The notes: a model not told the origin generated them from the sequence alone. DNA of 64,000 bases from Takakia lepidozioides (GCA_030704615.1 CM060732.1:53134001-53198000); one strand, 5' to 3'; shown: positions 25,920 through 38,312, numbered from the stretch's first letter. Translations and numbers: made by a program.

Positions 25920-26190
25920 CGTCACTCACTCTGCCATCGTCGGCCTCCTGACGACATTTGAAGAGAAGGAGAAGGCCATGAGGCCACGGAGATGGGACAC
26001 AATGGAGTACCGGCAGACAGGAGATGATGGTGTTTTCTTTGAGGTATTTTGCAACCCAAATGCATATGCAATTGCATTCCAAGCCAAAGTTTTGATAACT
26101 ATCAATGATGACAAGATCAAAGTTGCGTCGGAAGGTCAGCTGAACGCCCTCAAGTCTGATGTCGATCAATACGTGGATTCTCAAAGTGAG
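25920..26190 (+). pseudogene. Captured fragment of a conserved hypothetical protein resembling a cyanobacterial/algal family
   Basis: MEYRQTGDDGVFFEVFCNPNAYAIAFQAKVLITINDDKIKVASEGQLNALKSDVDQYV recalls the cyanobacterial motif F.E.FCNPN....F.AKVL.T (recognised from memory). Lies just inside the left TIR. Confidence 0.5.
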
Positions 26191-27364
26191 CCTAGGCTTT
26201 GTTCCTCGAAGCAGTTTAGGTTTTTGTAGTTTCGAACCAATGTTTCCAAAATGTCTCGAGGGCTTTGATGAGAAGCTTTTTCATCATGCCATGTATAGAA
26301 GAGGATGCAAATGGTTTACCCTAAATGTTCAATGCTGGCAAATGAGCTGCTGCCTTTGCACTACATGAACTAGGGAGAAATAGCATAAGAATGGCTACTG
26401 TCACATTTTCTAGGAAGAAGAGACTTTAAGGTGTCTTCTATGTGCTATCTTCCCAAGGAACCAGTGATGTTGGCTTCAGCTGTGTTGAAAATTTTGACAG
26501 CCCCTTCCTACACAGACACTTAGGTGAATTTTGGCTCAAGTGGTCTACACTTTTGACTCCCTTACATAATGGTAGCCAAGTAGGTTGGTCGTATTCCCTC
26601 GGACATGCTACTTATGGATTGCCATTACCTATGAGAGGACTTTAGGAAAGAATAACCATAAGAGGGGGTTGCCTCTGATCTGACTATACTATGAGATTTT
26701 TCCAATCTGTTAGGTTGGTGGTATGGTGCATAGTCACTATATATCTGTGAGGTGTGTTATCTTATCATTTCCAAAACTTAACCTGTCCAAGCTTATAAGG
26801 GATTCTAAGTTGGACTTCCCTTCCAAGTGGAAGACTTGGACAGCCCTTCGGAATTTTACTAGAGGAGATTTAGCAATATGTCCAGTATACTTAGTGGTTC
26901 AATGTGCTGCTTCACTAGGTCTAGTTGACTCTCAAAAAAATTATCTACTGAATGAGTTCGCTGGAAAATGCTAACTAGTCATGAACTTTGTCTACAATTG
27001 AAGAATCAAGCCTAAAAGTAGGAGAACCTCTCAGTAATCTTGTGTGTCTTGCATCTCTGGGTCCCCTAAACAATCAAACATTGCTCTATTATCTATAATC
27101 ACAAGTATTCCAACAAGTGAACTTATGGTTGCAGTGCTATGGACAGGCCCCTGTGCAGATCCTTGAGATTTTTGCTCCTGTCCTGCTGCTCTGAGGATGT
27201 ATTATGAGGAGAAGTAGAGTTACTTAAGCGAGCTTAAGCTTATGCTTATTGAGCTCAGACATTGCAACAACAGCAGGTGTGCAAGGTGGTGGGCTACGAG
27301 CGGCATGATCCCAACTCGAAGGGTATGTCTCTATTTCTCTTATGTTTTGAACTAAGGTCTTCTA

Positions 27365-28235
27365 CCGCAAGTTGTGGTATCATGGAGTGCAATGATTGCA
27401 GGATATGCCGCATGGTTGTGGGATGAAGGCTTGGAGACCTATGAGCAAATGGTGCTGAAAGGGGCAAATAAGTCTATGTGCTGACATTAGGAAAGCTAGG
27501 ATTGTACCAAATATTATTCTGGAAAATGCCCGAGTGGACATATATGCCAGATGTGGGAGTATCCATGATGCAAAGGGAGTCTTTGACAATATGGCTAAAC
27601 AAGATGTGGTGTCGTGGAGTGCACTGATTGCAGGATATGCCAAACATGGTTGTGGGATGGTAAGTTGTGGTTTACAACTCAGATTGTGATAGTGTAAGAC
27701 ACAAGAATATACGCTGTTGGAGGCACTACTGTTTTCTGTTGCTTGCCTTGTACTTGCTTATGGCCCCTCAGCTGAAGGTGTTAATACAAAGCTGATTTAG
27801 ACTACCAATGTCCCAAGTGTAGTCTTCATTAACAGAGCTAAGAGCTAAGATTGTGTCTCTGAGATGTGCAGGTGAGAGTACAAGAAGCCAGCAAAGACAC
27901 TCGGATTCTTGAGCTTTGCTTGGATCATCTAGGGGAGGCCGATGCCCTCCCTCTTGTTGAAACGCTGACTATGGTGGAAACCTCAAAGATTGAGGCAGTG
28001 GATGTGGTCTTTGGAGACCTATGAGCAAATGATGCTGAAAGGGATAAAGCCCAACTAGGTAACATTTGTTTGCCTTCGCAATGCATAGCAGCCGTAGAAA
28101 GGGACAAAGAGGTCTATGCTAACATCTGGAAAGTTGGGATTGTACCAAGTATCATTCTTGAAAATGCCCTTGTGGACACACATGCCAAATGTGGGGGTAT
28201 CCAGGATGCAAAATGGAGTGTTTGACAATATGGCT
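27365..28235 (+). pseudogene. Degenerate PLS-class PPR gene fragments
   Basis: VVSWSAMIAGYA, SIHDAKGVFDNMAKQDVVSWSALIAGYAKHG, and a second related copy at ~28010-28235, with frameshifts. Confidence 0.75.
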
Positions 28236-29167
28236 TGAGTCCACTGCCTTTGGCCATGAACTGTTGCATATTGAAGGTTGAGCACAGGGCAACTAGTGGG
28301 AGCTTTGCCAATGTGCAAGGACTCGAGTGGGAAACTTCGATAGGAAATATGACCCTGTCCACTGTGACTTAAACTGTTACGGATTGTGCTCCTGGGACTT
28401 CCATTGGGACCTGTGAGCCAAGCCTACAGGGCATGTGTACCTCAAGGATTTCATATTCTGACACTTGTAGAGACTGTGGCCTGCATCACTTCTCGGTAAG
28501 GCAAACACACTATAAATGTTAAATACTTTTGTAATCTGAGAAGTAGCTCTGTTGCTTTAGGATGAAGGGAACCGTTCCCGTTCTAGTGAAAAAAGACTTG
28601 TCTGGGTAAGAGTAGGTGTGAAAGTTACTTGACAAGCTTTTGTGCAAATTGTAACAATAGTCAGGGTTTATTGTGGGTACAGGGAAGCTACATGCACCAC
28701 TCGTGACAAGGTACATATCTGAATCAATCTGAGACATGCTTATTTCAGATGTGGTGCTCAGCATGGTTAACAATGTTAGGAAATGAGTTTAGGGAGCTGG
28801 TTGGCTTCATTTTGTTTCTGGTGTCATTTCCATTGGAAGGGTGTGACTTGAACCTTGATAGCCAACAACATGTGTTTGCAGTGCTTGTATTCTTTGAAGA
28901 TGTGAGCAAGAAGGCCCTAACTGGTAAACTAGTCTGTGAGCAAAACACATGAAGAACAATTGGAGTGAAGGGGTTAGTGTTTGTGTCATGGCTGGTCTGT
29001 AATGCTTGGAATTAAGTAGGTTACTGAAGAATTAAGCCAGCACACAATGGAAGACTGCTGACCGTGTGACATTTGAGCATTGGTGACAAAACTATGCCAA
29101 TTCCTCACAATGTGTAGGGAATTCCAAAAGTTCCCATTGTTTAATGGATCTCAACTCACAAATGCAC

Positions 29168-29455
29168 CAACCTCTATAGGTATACCAAAGAGGATCACTA
29201 CTACATAATGACGATACCTCTACTAGCATATATAGCTAAGTTTCTTTGTAAATCAAGCGTTATACCTCTGTTGATATACTAATAACGGCTACTACCTCAT
29301 GACAATACCTCCACATAAATATACACTGATTTAGCAAAATTTATTTGTAAATCAAACGCTATACCTCTATAGGTATACCAAACAGGGAAACTACCTCATG
29401 ATGATACCTCTACCTACATATAGACTAATTTTGACTTAGTTTCTTTGGAATGCAA
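29168..29455 (+). repeat. ~100-bp tandem repeat, 3 units, upstream of the HECT gene
   Basis: Unit contains TATACCT-ctgt-AGGTATA (hairpin) plus CTACCTCATGACGATACCTC and AGTTTCTTTGTAAATCAA. Hairpins at ~29168, 29261 and 29360. Confidence 0.9.
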
Positions 29456-29505
29456 CAGATCTCAATGGATCTCAATTCTTACTTTTTTCGCAAGTTCACA
29501 AATGC

Positions 29506-32500
29506 GTGCACGATATAGAAATGTCCAAACAAGATGAAGACTGGACGCACCACTTACAGGATATTGACCCTGGTTGTGCATCACAAAACAATGAGGATTC
29601 TTTAGTACAAAACTTGCCACAAATCCCGCGTCGAGTAAGTGCATTTGTAGGGCATATTCGACAGCAAGGTGAGCATTTTGCATATCCACCCAGATTTGGA
29701 TTTTTTTCAAGATCAAATGTACTAGCACCACCCCAAGACCAAGGTCACGACGTCCAAGGTATGGCAAATGTACCAAGTCTTTGTGGACCTACTCAAATTG
29801 GCACTGTCAATGACTTGAATGTTTCTGTTCCTCGAAACATTTGCGAGTCAAGAACACAACGAAGAAGACAGCCTCAAGCATCTTCTAATGTGCCTCCCAA
29901 AGATATTCAACGGCGCATCCATATGCTTCCAAGGTCAACAGAGTGGTCAACCTATCGTGAGGCTTTAACGCCATTGATTTCCAACTGGGTTCCAGACAAC
30001 CCAGTTGTTTTGGTCTCTCTCAAAGCAAACCTTCAGTGGGGTGGGCAAATCTATCCCGAGCCATTCTGTCTTGGAACAGTGGAGTTTCAGATTGCTGCCC
30101 ACTTTGCACAACTTGAGCCTCATCCTGCACACCACGGGATTAAACAGTGATGTCTCTTGGTTTGGATTGATGGAACAATCAAGTGGCAATATTCCGACTA
30201 GCAGCCTTGGAGATTCTGATTCAGATTTTATGAGTGAGCCGCCTCGAGGTGGATGTAGGAACGTGCAACGGGGGAATGTCCAAGGTCACTACAATCTGGC
30301 ATTACCTGCACCGCCAATCACAACAACGCATGTTGGTATGTCCTCCTCATCTAGTATGATTGTTAATGAGATGGACATGATCTCCTCAACACCCACTCAT
30401 TGTACATGGGCAACTGAAGATGAAGTTCTCAACAATATGGCAGAGACATGGATCAAACATCAAGAGGCATACTTCAAGGCATTGGGGGAACGTGATGTTA
30501 AATCTGCATATGAAGCACTTGATGTCCACAAGGATGAACAGGGATCCCAAGCTTTTTGGTCAGCTTTTGACATATTTAAAGTTGAGCTCCATACAGATTC
30601 TTTCAATGATGAAGTGTTGAGACGTATTGGTAACGAGCTCTTTAAAAGAAAAGAGCTTCGCAGGGGTTCCACTACATCTGAGGCTAATCTCAGTAGGGTT
30701 ACTATGCACCCTTCCATGAGCATGTATAATCCTGGCGATATTCGAATTCAGTTTGAGCTCATGGCGCGACCTTTTTGGAAAGATTGAGATGCATGGGATC
30801 TAGCTATCTCTAAGTCCTCGAATGTTGGTCATGTATCCCAACAGCAGAAGAGATTCTACAACACTACAGCATCAATGGAGGTTCTCTAGGTGATGAAGAT
30901 CACACCTTCAGTCAAAGAATCCATGAGACATTGAAGTTATGTGCTTTTACCAAATTTTCAAGGGCCCACCTTGAGCTTATGTGTTGCTCAGACAAAATTG
31001 AGACTCACCAAGATGAGGCGACACTTTTGCAATCAAGAGAGAAGGTTGATGAAGCCATATTGAAATACCAACGGTATTATATGAGTCAAATTGTTTTCAA
31101 GTCGTACAAAAGATGGTTGGGCTTTTCCAACATCACTATTACCAAGATTCCGGTGGGTTCATGCACTGTCATGATCGTATTTAATTTTGTAAGCTTGCTT
31201 TCACTTAGAATTAGACATTTCGAAGTTGTTGAAATTTTCGTGTTGTTTTTCAAGGTGACCCAAACGAAGGAGCTTGCTATAGACCAAAGGTTGAATTTAT
31301 TCATTCCAGCGGCATTGCTGAAAGATTGACTATCGATGAAGATGGTTTGCGTGATGCATGGCTTACAAATACTTGGAAGCAATTTTGGTCTACCTCTTTC
31401 GTAAGCAGTAAACACAAACTTTTTTCATGTCTTAAGATTATTTGTAATCTTTTGCTTTGATGCACATTTTGCATACTTAGGAATGTTTTTTGTGCTTTTT
31501 GTATTTTATGACAAACTTGAATTGTACTAGCAAAGACTGATGATTTTGTTGTTGGTTTTCAGAGCTACAATTCCATATTTGAATATCCTGATAATCTTCA
31601 AGGAAAGTTGTTGCATCCAAAATTGGATTATGAGGTCATACGCACAGACATTCAATTGGATGCGGTGAGATTTGGATTGCAAAGTCATTTGTTTTATATT
31701 GACATGCATGAATTATTTTTGAAGATACTCCCAGGACAGTCATTTCTTGTGTTTGAATGTTAGGTATAATTGTTGATTCTTACTATTTGTTTGTGTATAT
31801 TGCAGGCCAAAATGCTAGGGCATTTGATCTTCATGCTCGCATCGAACGAATTGGAAGTCTCAAGACCTTTTTCATTCGCAACTTTGGTCATGTTTTGTGA
31901 CCAAGTCCCCGAGTCCAAAAACATGCCCGTTGGTGTGAAGTCCAAAATGAAAAAGGATTTAGAACGTGATTTTCGATTGGGCTGGGCTGCAAAATGGTCA
32001 ATCTTAAATTGCCTTAGAAAATCAAGAGAGGAGGCAATGAAATTGATTCGAAGACTCCAAGAGGATGAAACACATGAAGACTTGGCTTGGACATTCTCGG
32101 ATTTCAATCTGACAGAAGAAAATTGGGAATCTGAAGTTGAGCACAAGATTGGAGCCATTGTTTGGAGTCATCTTTTCAATGGACGCAATTTGATTGTGAA
32201 GGCAATGCAAGAGGGGTTTTACATGGCTGTGGAACAAGCACCATGTGCACCCACCATAAAGGATCGAATGAAAGACAATTTGAAAGGCATATCTCCTGAT
32301 ACAATGCGTGTTGTATTCAATGGTGCCTGTGCAATTGAAGCAAATGATTTCTTGAGGAAGTGCATATTTGATGTATCTATATTGCCCCTCCAACAAGAAT
32401 GGTTTCGAGATTGTGTGGATCAAATGACCTATGAGGTCTCGATTGGCTATTTTTATCACTGGATTGGAGTACTTTGGCGGCAAAGACATCAATATACAAC

Positions 32501-32640
32501 TTCTCAATCGACACGACTATCCATGCATTCAAGCAAGCACTTGCTTTCAAGTTCTATATCTTCCCCCATACAAAGATGCCTCAATGATGATGACGAAGAT
32601 TAAATATTCTACCATGGATAGTAGTTATGGTCGTGCATGA
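29506..32640 (+). pseudogene. Spliced HECT-domain E3 ubiquitin ligase-like gene (frameshifts/stops), transposon cargo
   Basis: Exons ~31283-31400 (VEF...TIDEDGLRDAW), 31563-31664 (SIFEYPDNLQGKLLHP) and 31806-32640 (AKMLGHLI..SRPFS, KAMQEGFY, EWFRDCVDQM) join in phase 0. After a frameshift near 32430: RSRLAIFITG...QASTCFQVLYLPPYKD..MMTKIKYS..SYG. Putative catalytic Cys codon at 32542-32544. Disrupted N-terminal ORFs at 29506-31110. Confidence 0.8.
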
Positions 32641-33977
32641 CATGTGGAGGTGAAGGGTGTGAGTCATGGCTCAAACAGAGGGGTTGATTTTGTGGTATCA
32701 TAGATAATTGAAATGCTCTTGGAGTGGTACTGTGAGTGTGACATCTGGTTGAATGTTAAGTGTTACAAGTTCGCTGAGTATATGTGAGGGTAAGAATCAT
32801 GGTAAATGTGAGAATTCGAGTGCAAGTTCAAATGCAAGGGAAAGTTTGAGTGCGAAGTTGAGTTTGAGTGCGAGGTTAAAGGCAAGTTGGAATGTCAGTT
32901 CGAGTGCGAGTTCAAGTGCAAGTCTGGGTAGATTATAGAGGGTTTGAATCTGAAGATTCCATGGAGTCCGGCCAGATCCAATCGTGTGTTAGAGAATTGA
33001 CAAGTCGGGAACAAGCGTGTGTGCAACGGGTGCCTTGTGGCGAAAGGATGAGATTTTATGAACGAAGCAAATCAATAAAGTATGAGAAGGGGTTAAAGAA
33101 AAAGAAGAGATGCAAAGGAAGATGATAGAGAGATGGAGGGAACTTGTCTTCCATTGATTATGTTTGTTTATATCTGTTGAGAAGGATTGAAGTAAAGAGA
33201 GACACAATAGTGTCAAAGGGAGGGGAGGGTGGGAATATGTCTCTTTAAGTTCGTCCTGACCGAAAAGAGAGCTCAACAAAGAAGGAAAAGAAATGGGGGC
33301 AACATTGGGGCAAGTGTCGTTGGCTCCTTTTTGTTTGTGTTGGCTTTGGAGAGGTGCCATCTGGTTGTGGCCCAAGGATGGGAATCCATTTTTGTTGTCG
33401 GTTGTTATATTTCCAGCTGTTGGTGACTTTTGCACAGACGTCATCAATGGATGAGGATTTTGACAGTGAGGTATAGCTGCGGTCCCCTATCTTCTTGCAC
33501 CCATTAATGGAATGCTGCTATATTGCATATTTAATATGGTAAGTGGAGTACTCTATTATAAAATGTTTACTAGCTAGTTTTACTTTCTTATGCGCTGTAT
33601 GAAGTGCTCTAATATGTTTTAGTCTTGGGGAAGAGGGTGGGAGAGAGGCCCACCTGCCGTATGATTTCTGTAAAGCTTCAAGACATTATTACATTGTAAA
33701 TATCAAAACATGAGAAGTATCACAGTTCAAGATTGTCTTCTTTGATCAATTGGTCATGCCCTGTTGTTGTCCTTGAAAGCTAGTGAAATCTCACACATGT
33801 TTTAGGGTTTATCCAATGTCATATTAAGGTTTAGAAACATCCACAGCATTACACAACTGGCAATAAGAAAGTGGGTAAGGTAACATGTGTTCACTAATTT
33901 GGGCACTCTTATGGTCTTATGCAGATATGTCTGAGCTTTTGCTGTGCAGGAAGTCATTTTTCAGCTGCGACCAGGGG

Positions 33978-34730
33978 CATATAGACTAAATTATCTTAGG
34001 TTTCTTTGTCTTCGAGACACTATATCTCTGTAGGTAAACCAAACATGACTATTACCTCTTAACGATACCTCTACATGAATACAGCCTGATTTATCTTGAG
34101 TTTCTTTGTCTATCATGCGTTATACCTCTGTAGGTATACTAAACAGGGCAACTACCTCATAACGATACCTCAACCTGCATATAGGCTGATTTGACCAAGT
34201 TTCTTTGTAAGTCAGGCGCTATACCTCTGGTGGTATACTAAACAGGGCTACTGTCTCATGACGATACCTCCGCATAAATATAGATTAATTTGGCCAACTT
34301 TTCTTGTAAAATGAAATACTATACCTCTGTAGATATATCAAACAAGGCTACAACCTAATGACGATACCTCTACTAGTATATATAACTAAGTTTCTTTGTC
34401 AATCAAGTGTTATACCTCTATCGGTATACTAATCAGGGCTACTACCTCATGACAATATCTCTACATAAATATACACTGTTTTTGACATCAAATTTATTTG
34501 TAAATCAAACGCTATACCTCTGTAGGTATACCAAACAGGGAAACTACCTCATAACGATACCCTTACCTACATATAGTCTAGTTTTGACTAAGTTTCTTTG
34601 GAATCAAGCGATGTACCTCTGTGAGTATACCAAACAGGGCTAGTACCCAATGACGATACCTCTACCTGCATATAGACTAATTTACCAAAACTAACTAAGT
34701 TCCGTTGTAATCAAGCACTATACCGCTACA
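33978..34730 (+). repeat. ~100-bp tandem repeat, ~7.5 units, downstream of the HECT gene
   Basis: Same unit as 29168-29455. Hairpin starts at 34021, 34121, 34220, 34320, 34411, 34513, 34612 and 34719. Confidence 0.9.
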
Positions 34731-35956
34731 CCTGCGCAAAGGGCGTCCATTCAGTAGAGGTTGAAACTTGACTTGGGCATCTCAAAGTAGACTCCTAACC
34801 TATCATGCCAAGTGATACCATTCATCATCATACCTGTCATACCTATCATCATCATGCCAAGTGTAAGGTTGTTGACCACTTATGTGAGAAAAACAAATGT
34901 TACATGGAAGCAAAAAGATTATACTTTGTGGTTGTATAGGCTACAGGAGTGTTCCAGAACCTGGAGAGATAGACCTCTCGGTGGCTATGGAAGCTATACA
35001 ACAGTTGGATAAACCATGACTCCAATCAACAGAACACAAGTTATCAGATTTGAAACTCAAGCTACATGGCATATAAGAGACAAGGGTGCAGCTATAAGTC
35101 CTGGTTGAATATTCGTGTCTCCATGAGTGTATATTCAGATTTTTAATACTGTATGCAAAATTCTTAGATTATGAATAGAGGGTTCTTGAAAATGAGGCAA
35201 GTTGGTCATCATTGTCTCATATGTGGGGCAGACAAAGATTGTTGGAGATAAAAGGCGGCCTCATGAGCCTCACGCTGTGCACTTCCCAATGAAACCCAAC
35301 AATTTCACAATCCTCCAAAGATCGTGCAACCCAGGCCCTGCCCCCAAGTAGTATGGTTGGGAGATGATAATGGTTTAGGGTGTATGGTTCAATATGGACA
35401 ATGGATATGATGAAGGGAAAAGATGACATTTATTTAACATAAATCCTCAAAGTACATGACATAAAACAATTATCTTTGAATGTGATTGTCCCACTTGTTC
35501 ACTTAATCACAATTACATACAAGAGCTTGTGTAATTAAAAGTTGGAGAACTTCCCTACTTAACACGGTATTACCAATGAGGTCCAATTAATCAAAATATC
35601 TATGTTCATGCGTTGCCAAACCACAATACCGAGACATGTAGTAGTGGAGATGAAAACAATCCTTCCCAACCTTTCCAATTTCATAAGCTTGTGCACGGAC
35701 ACGAACCATGTCAGGAATGAGTTCAGCTCCTTTGGTGGGAAGGTCATGCAAACCACCTGCACATCGCCACCTTTGATTCCCACGAGGCCCCAAGCCTTGG
35801 TTACCAATGTGTTGGGGGTCTTCTCTAAATCGTGGGTCATCAATAAGGTGGCTGGTCCATCTACATGATCAAATACATCACCACATTAGAATAACATTCC
35901 AATGTAAATTGTAGCTTAACAATGAAAGTACAAACAAGAGAAAACCATGAGCTTAC

Positions 35957-37289
35957 CCATGCAAACGTTCATACTCGCGAAAGAAACGAGCATGAACATG
36001 TGATTGACGATATCGACCGTTTTCATTAATCGTGCGAACTCGATGTCCATTCCAAATCTTCACGTATTCATCAACAGCTTCTTGTACTATGGGCATATAT
36101 ACGTCAATAAAAGATTCTCGTTGCCACGGATCGTCCATATTCAATAATCCATCATTGACCATTGCTTGGAAGCAATTTTTGTAGTAGAACATTACCTTCT
36201 CCTATAGATGCCGCCAAAAGTGTTCAATCCTCTAACGTGGTGATTACACCACACAAAATATTAGAAAATATGCACAACATTACACACTCAATGATTAATA
36301 AAGATGAACCAAGAAATATGACAGAAACGTAAAGTTGATATGCAAGATAGAATTGTATAGAGCACTAATCTGATTGTGTGTGGAAGACCCAGTCAAGTAC
36401 GGATTGGGTGTTTCAGAACGTGTGGCTTCAATGTGTTGTTTTATAAGAGAGTGCTCTACTGCAAAATCAGATCGAATTCGTAAAGGTGCTCTAAACTTGG
36501 AAACTGCATCGTGATATCCTTTGAAAATGGTTTTTTCTTTCTTGTTTCTTGCAACGTTCGCCCATAAAACAAAATGAGAGGCCCCATCAATGCCAACATG
36601 TACTCGAAGACCAAACATAACCAATTTGTCATAAGCTGCACCACGAATTGCATACATGTTTTAGTCTGCCTACAATTTTGTGCGATATGTAATGCAAGAA
36701 AACGTCTTGCATGTGCATCTTCAAAGAACATTAATATGCATGAGATAAAATACTTACAGTCAATGTGCCATAGAGCCATAGGCATTGTCACATTATACTG
36801 AGTCATCCGAATTGCTTGTGCCCTTCTCCTACGCTCATAATGGTAGGGTGAGATGATTTTCAAAGCTTCCCCCACCTTCCTTCGAGGAATCCGCAAATTT
36901 GACCTCCTTAAGGCAGATTGCACTGTTCTCATTCCCCAATTTGTCCCATTCTCTTCAATAGGAAGTAACTCTTGAATCTTTTCACACAAGCGTTGGACAC
37001 TCAATTGATGATGAACTTTGAAAGGAGACCCTTGGACTTCTGATAGCAATCTTCTCAATGGTCGTACATCATCAAAAGAAAGGGCAGTGGCGATTGATTT
37101 CATTGTGGCACCCTCATTCAACATTGCTTCCACATAAAGTACTAAATCATCCACTACTTTATCACCATCCAAATGGTTGTTTTCCATGCTCACATGATCT
37201 GTCTTATCTCTAATAGCCCCAGTGTCAATGCCTTCAACCTTGCCCTTGTTGTAACTGTTTGCTGTTAATTCTGTAGTCACTGCATCCAC
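35957..37289 (-). pseudogene. IS3EU-like (IS3/IS481/integrase-core) DDE transposase, intron-containing, inactivated
   Basis: Exon ending 36758: HTH-like region, GMRTVQSALRR..IPRRKV, QYNVTMPMALWHID. Exon 36635-36370: SYDKL..GLRVHVGIDGASH..PLRIRSD..GSSTHNQ. Exon 36231-35957: RIEHFWRHL*EK...WNGHRVR. D-D-E triad in WHID / RSD / RIE. Premature TAG, and a donor reading AT instead of GT at 36369. A further exon toward 35559 is possible. Confidence 0.88.
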
Positions 37290-38164
37290 TCACACACTCC
37301 CCATATGACTTACGTCACTAAAGTTCACATAGGCTATCAAGTAGATGAACCAAATGTACTTTGAAACAACAACTGCTCTATCCTAAAATGTATTAGCAAA
37401 CCACAATACATAGTGTGGGCGGGTTGAAGACAAACCATGTGATCAAGCTCTTTCTTTCAGTGTGTGTGTTGAGGAGCGTTTGGTAGCCCACTCTACTACC
37501 CCTAAAGTTCTCTCCTCAAAGCTCATGAGTCGCCTGCACGTACACAAGAAGTACAGCTTTAGCTAAAATGATATCTTTATCAATGATTGGGAGAACTCAT
37601 GCCAGTATGGGAATGTGCTTATTCATGGGCAGATCTTGTCATTTGGTGATCCAAGAAGGCTTCCATAATACATAGCGCCACCACCGCTCCACCACCGCTC
37701 CACAAATCTCTTGTTGTTGCATTCTTCTCTCGCTACTTCTCGTCCTCCAACTGATTTGATCCTTTCACTTTTAGGACACCTCTGCCCTAAAAATTCTTCA
37801 TCACTTCATTTCTCTCTCCCTTTCCCTCGCTCTCGCTCTCTCTCTCTCATCTCTCTCCTTTAGGCTACGCGACTCATCTCGTGACTTAGGCCTTACCACA
37901 AGCAAAGGATGGACGGGCAGCAGGAATAGACGGGCAACATGTATATTCAGCTTATACTCTCGTATGTATATGTGTATATGATGAATATATATACATATAC
38001 ATGATATATGTTATATCGTAAAAATTTATAGTTTGCAATTGAATTGAATTGCGCACTTTTAGGGGGGTGATCAAGTGAATTGCGATGCATTTCACATCAA
38101 GGCCTATTTGGAATTCCCTAGGCATCACCTTCCATTTGTGATCTAAAGCCAAAGCCCTCTTTCA

Positions 38165-38312
38165 CAATAAGTAACCTCGCCACCTCTTTCAGAGTAAGTA
38201 ACCTCGCCATGAAGGCATCCAAATGGGACACCGCCCAAGGGAAGGGGGAGAAGTAGCAGGCTTTGACCCCAAGATCATCTGGGTGGCACTAACCATCTGA
38301 GTTATTGACTGT
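38165..38312 (-). repeat. tRNA-derived SINE-like repeat
   Basis: Minus-strand A-box-like TAACTCAGATGG (38304-38293) and B-box-like GGGTCAAAGCC (38269-38259). Similar to 51212-51365. Confidence 0.5.

Larger units (their letters stand above)
25254..38120. mobile_element. 12.9-kb IS3EU-like TIR DNA transposon with HECT E3 ligase cargo and captured host-gene fragments
   Basis: The outer 79 bp are perfectly inverted (TAGGGAATTCCAAATAGGCC...GCGCAATTCAATT). Imperfect TIRs extend over 25254-25648 and 37911-38120. Flanking 6-mers AACATC / GGCATC match at 4 of 6. Contains a DDE integrase-type gene. Confidence 0.85.

Noticed and set aside
33978-34730. CRISPR-like array (regular hairpin repeats)
   Set aside because: The whole ~100-bp unit is repeated with no unique spacers, there are no cas genes, and the context is eukaryotic.
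35540-35557. AACTTCCCTA as the right partner of the internal TIR tip at 29115
   Set aside because: Only ~7 bp match and the flanks do not form a TSD.
35957-37289. LTR-retrotransposon integrase
   Set aside because: No RT/RNase H/gag or LTRs; the gene has introns and lies between TIRs.
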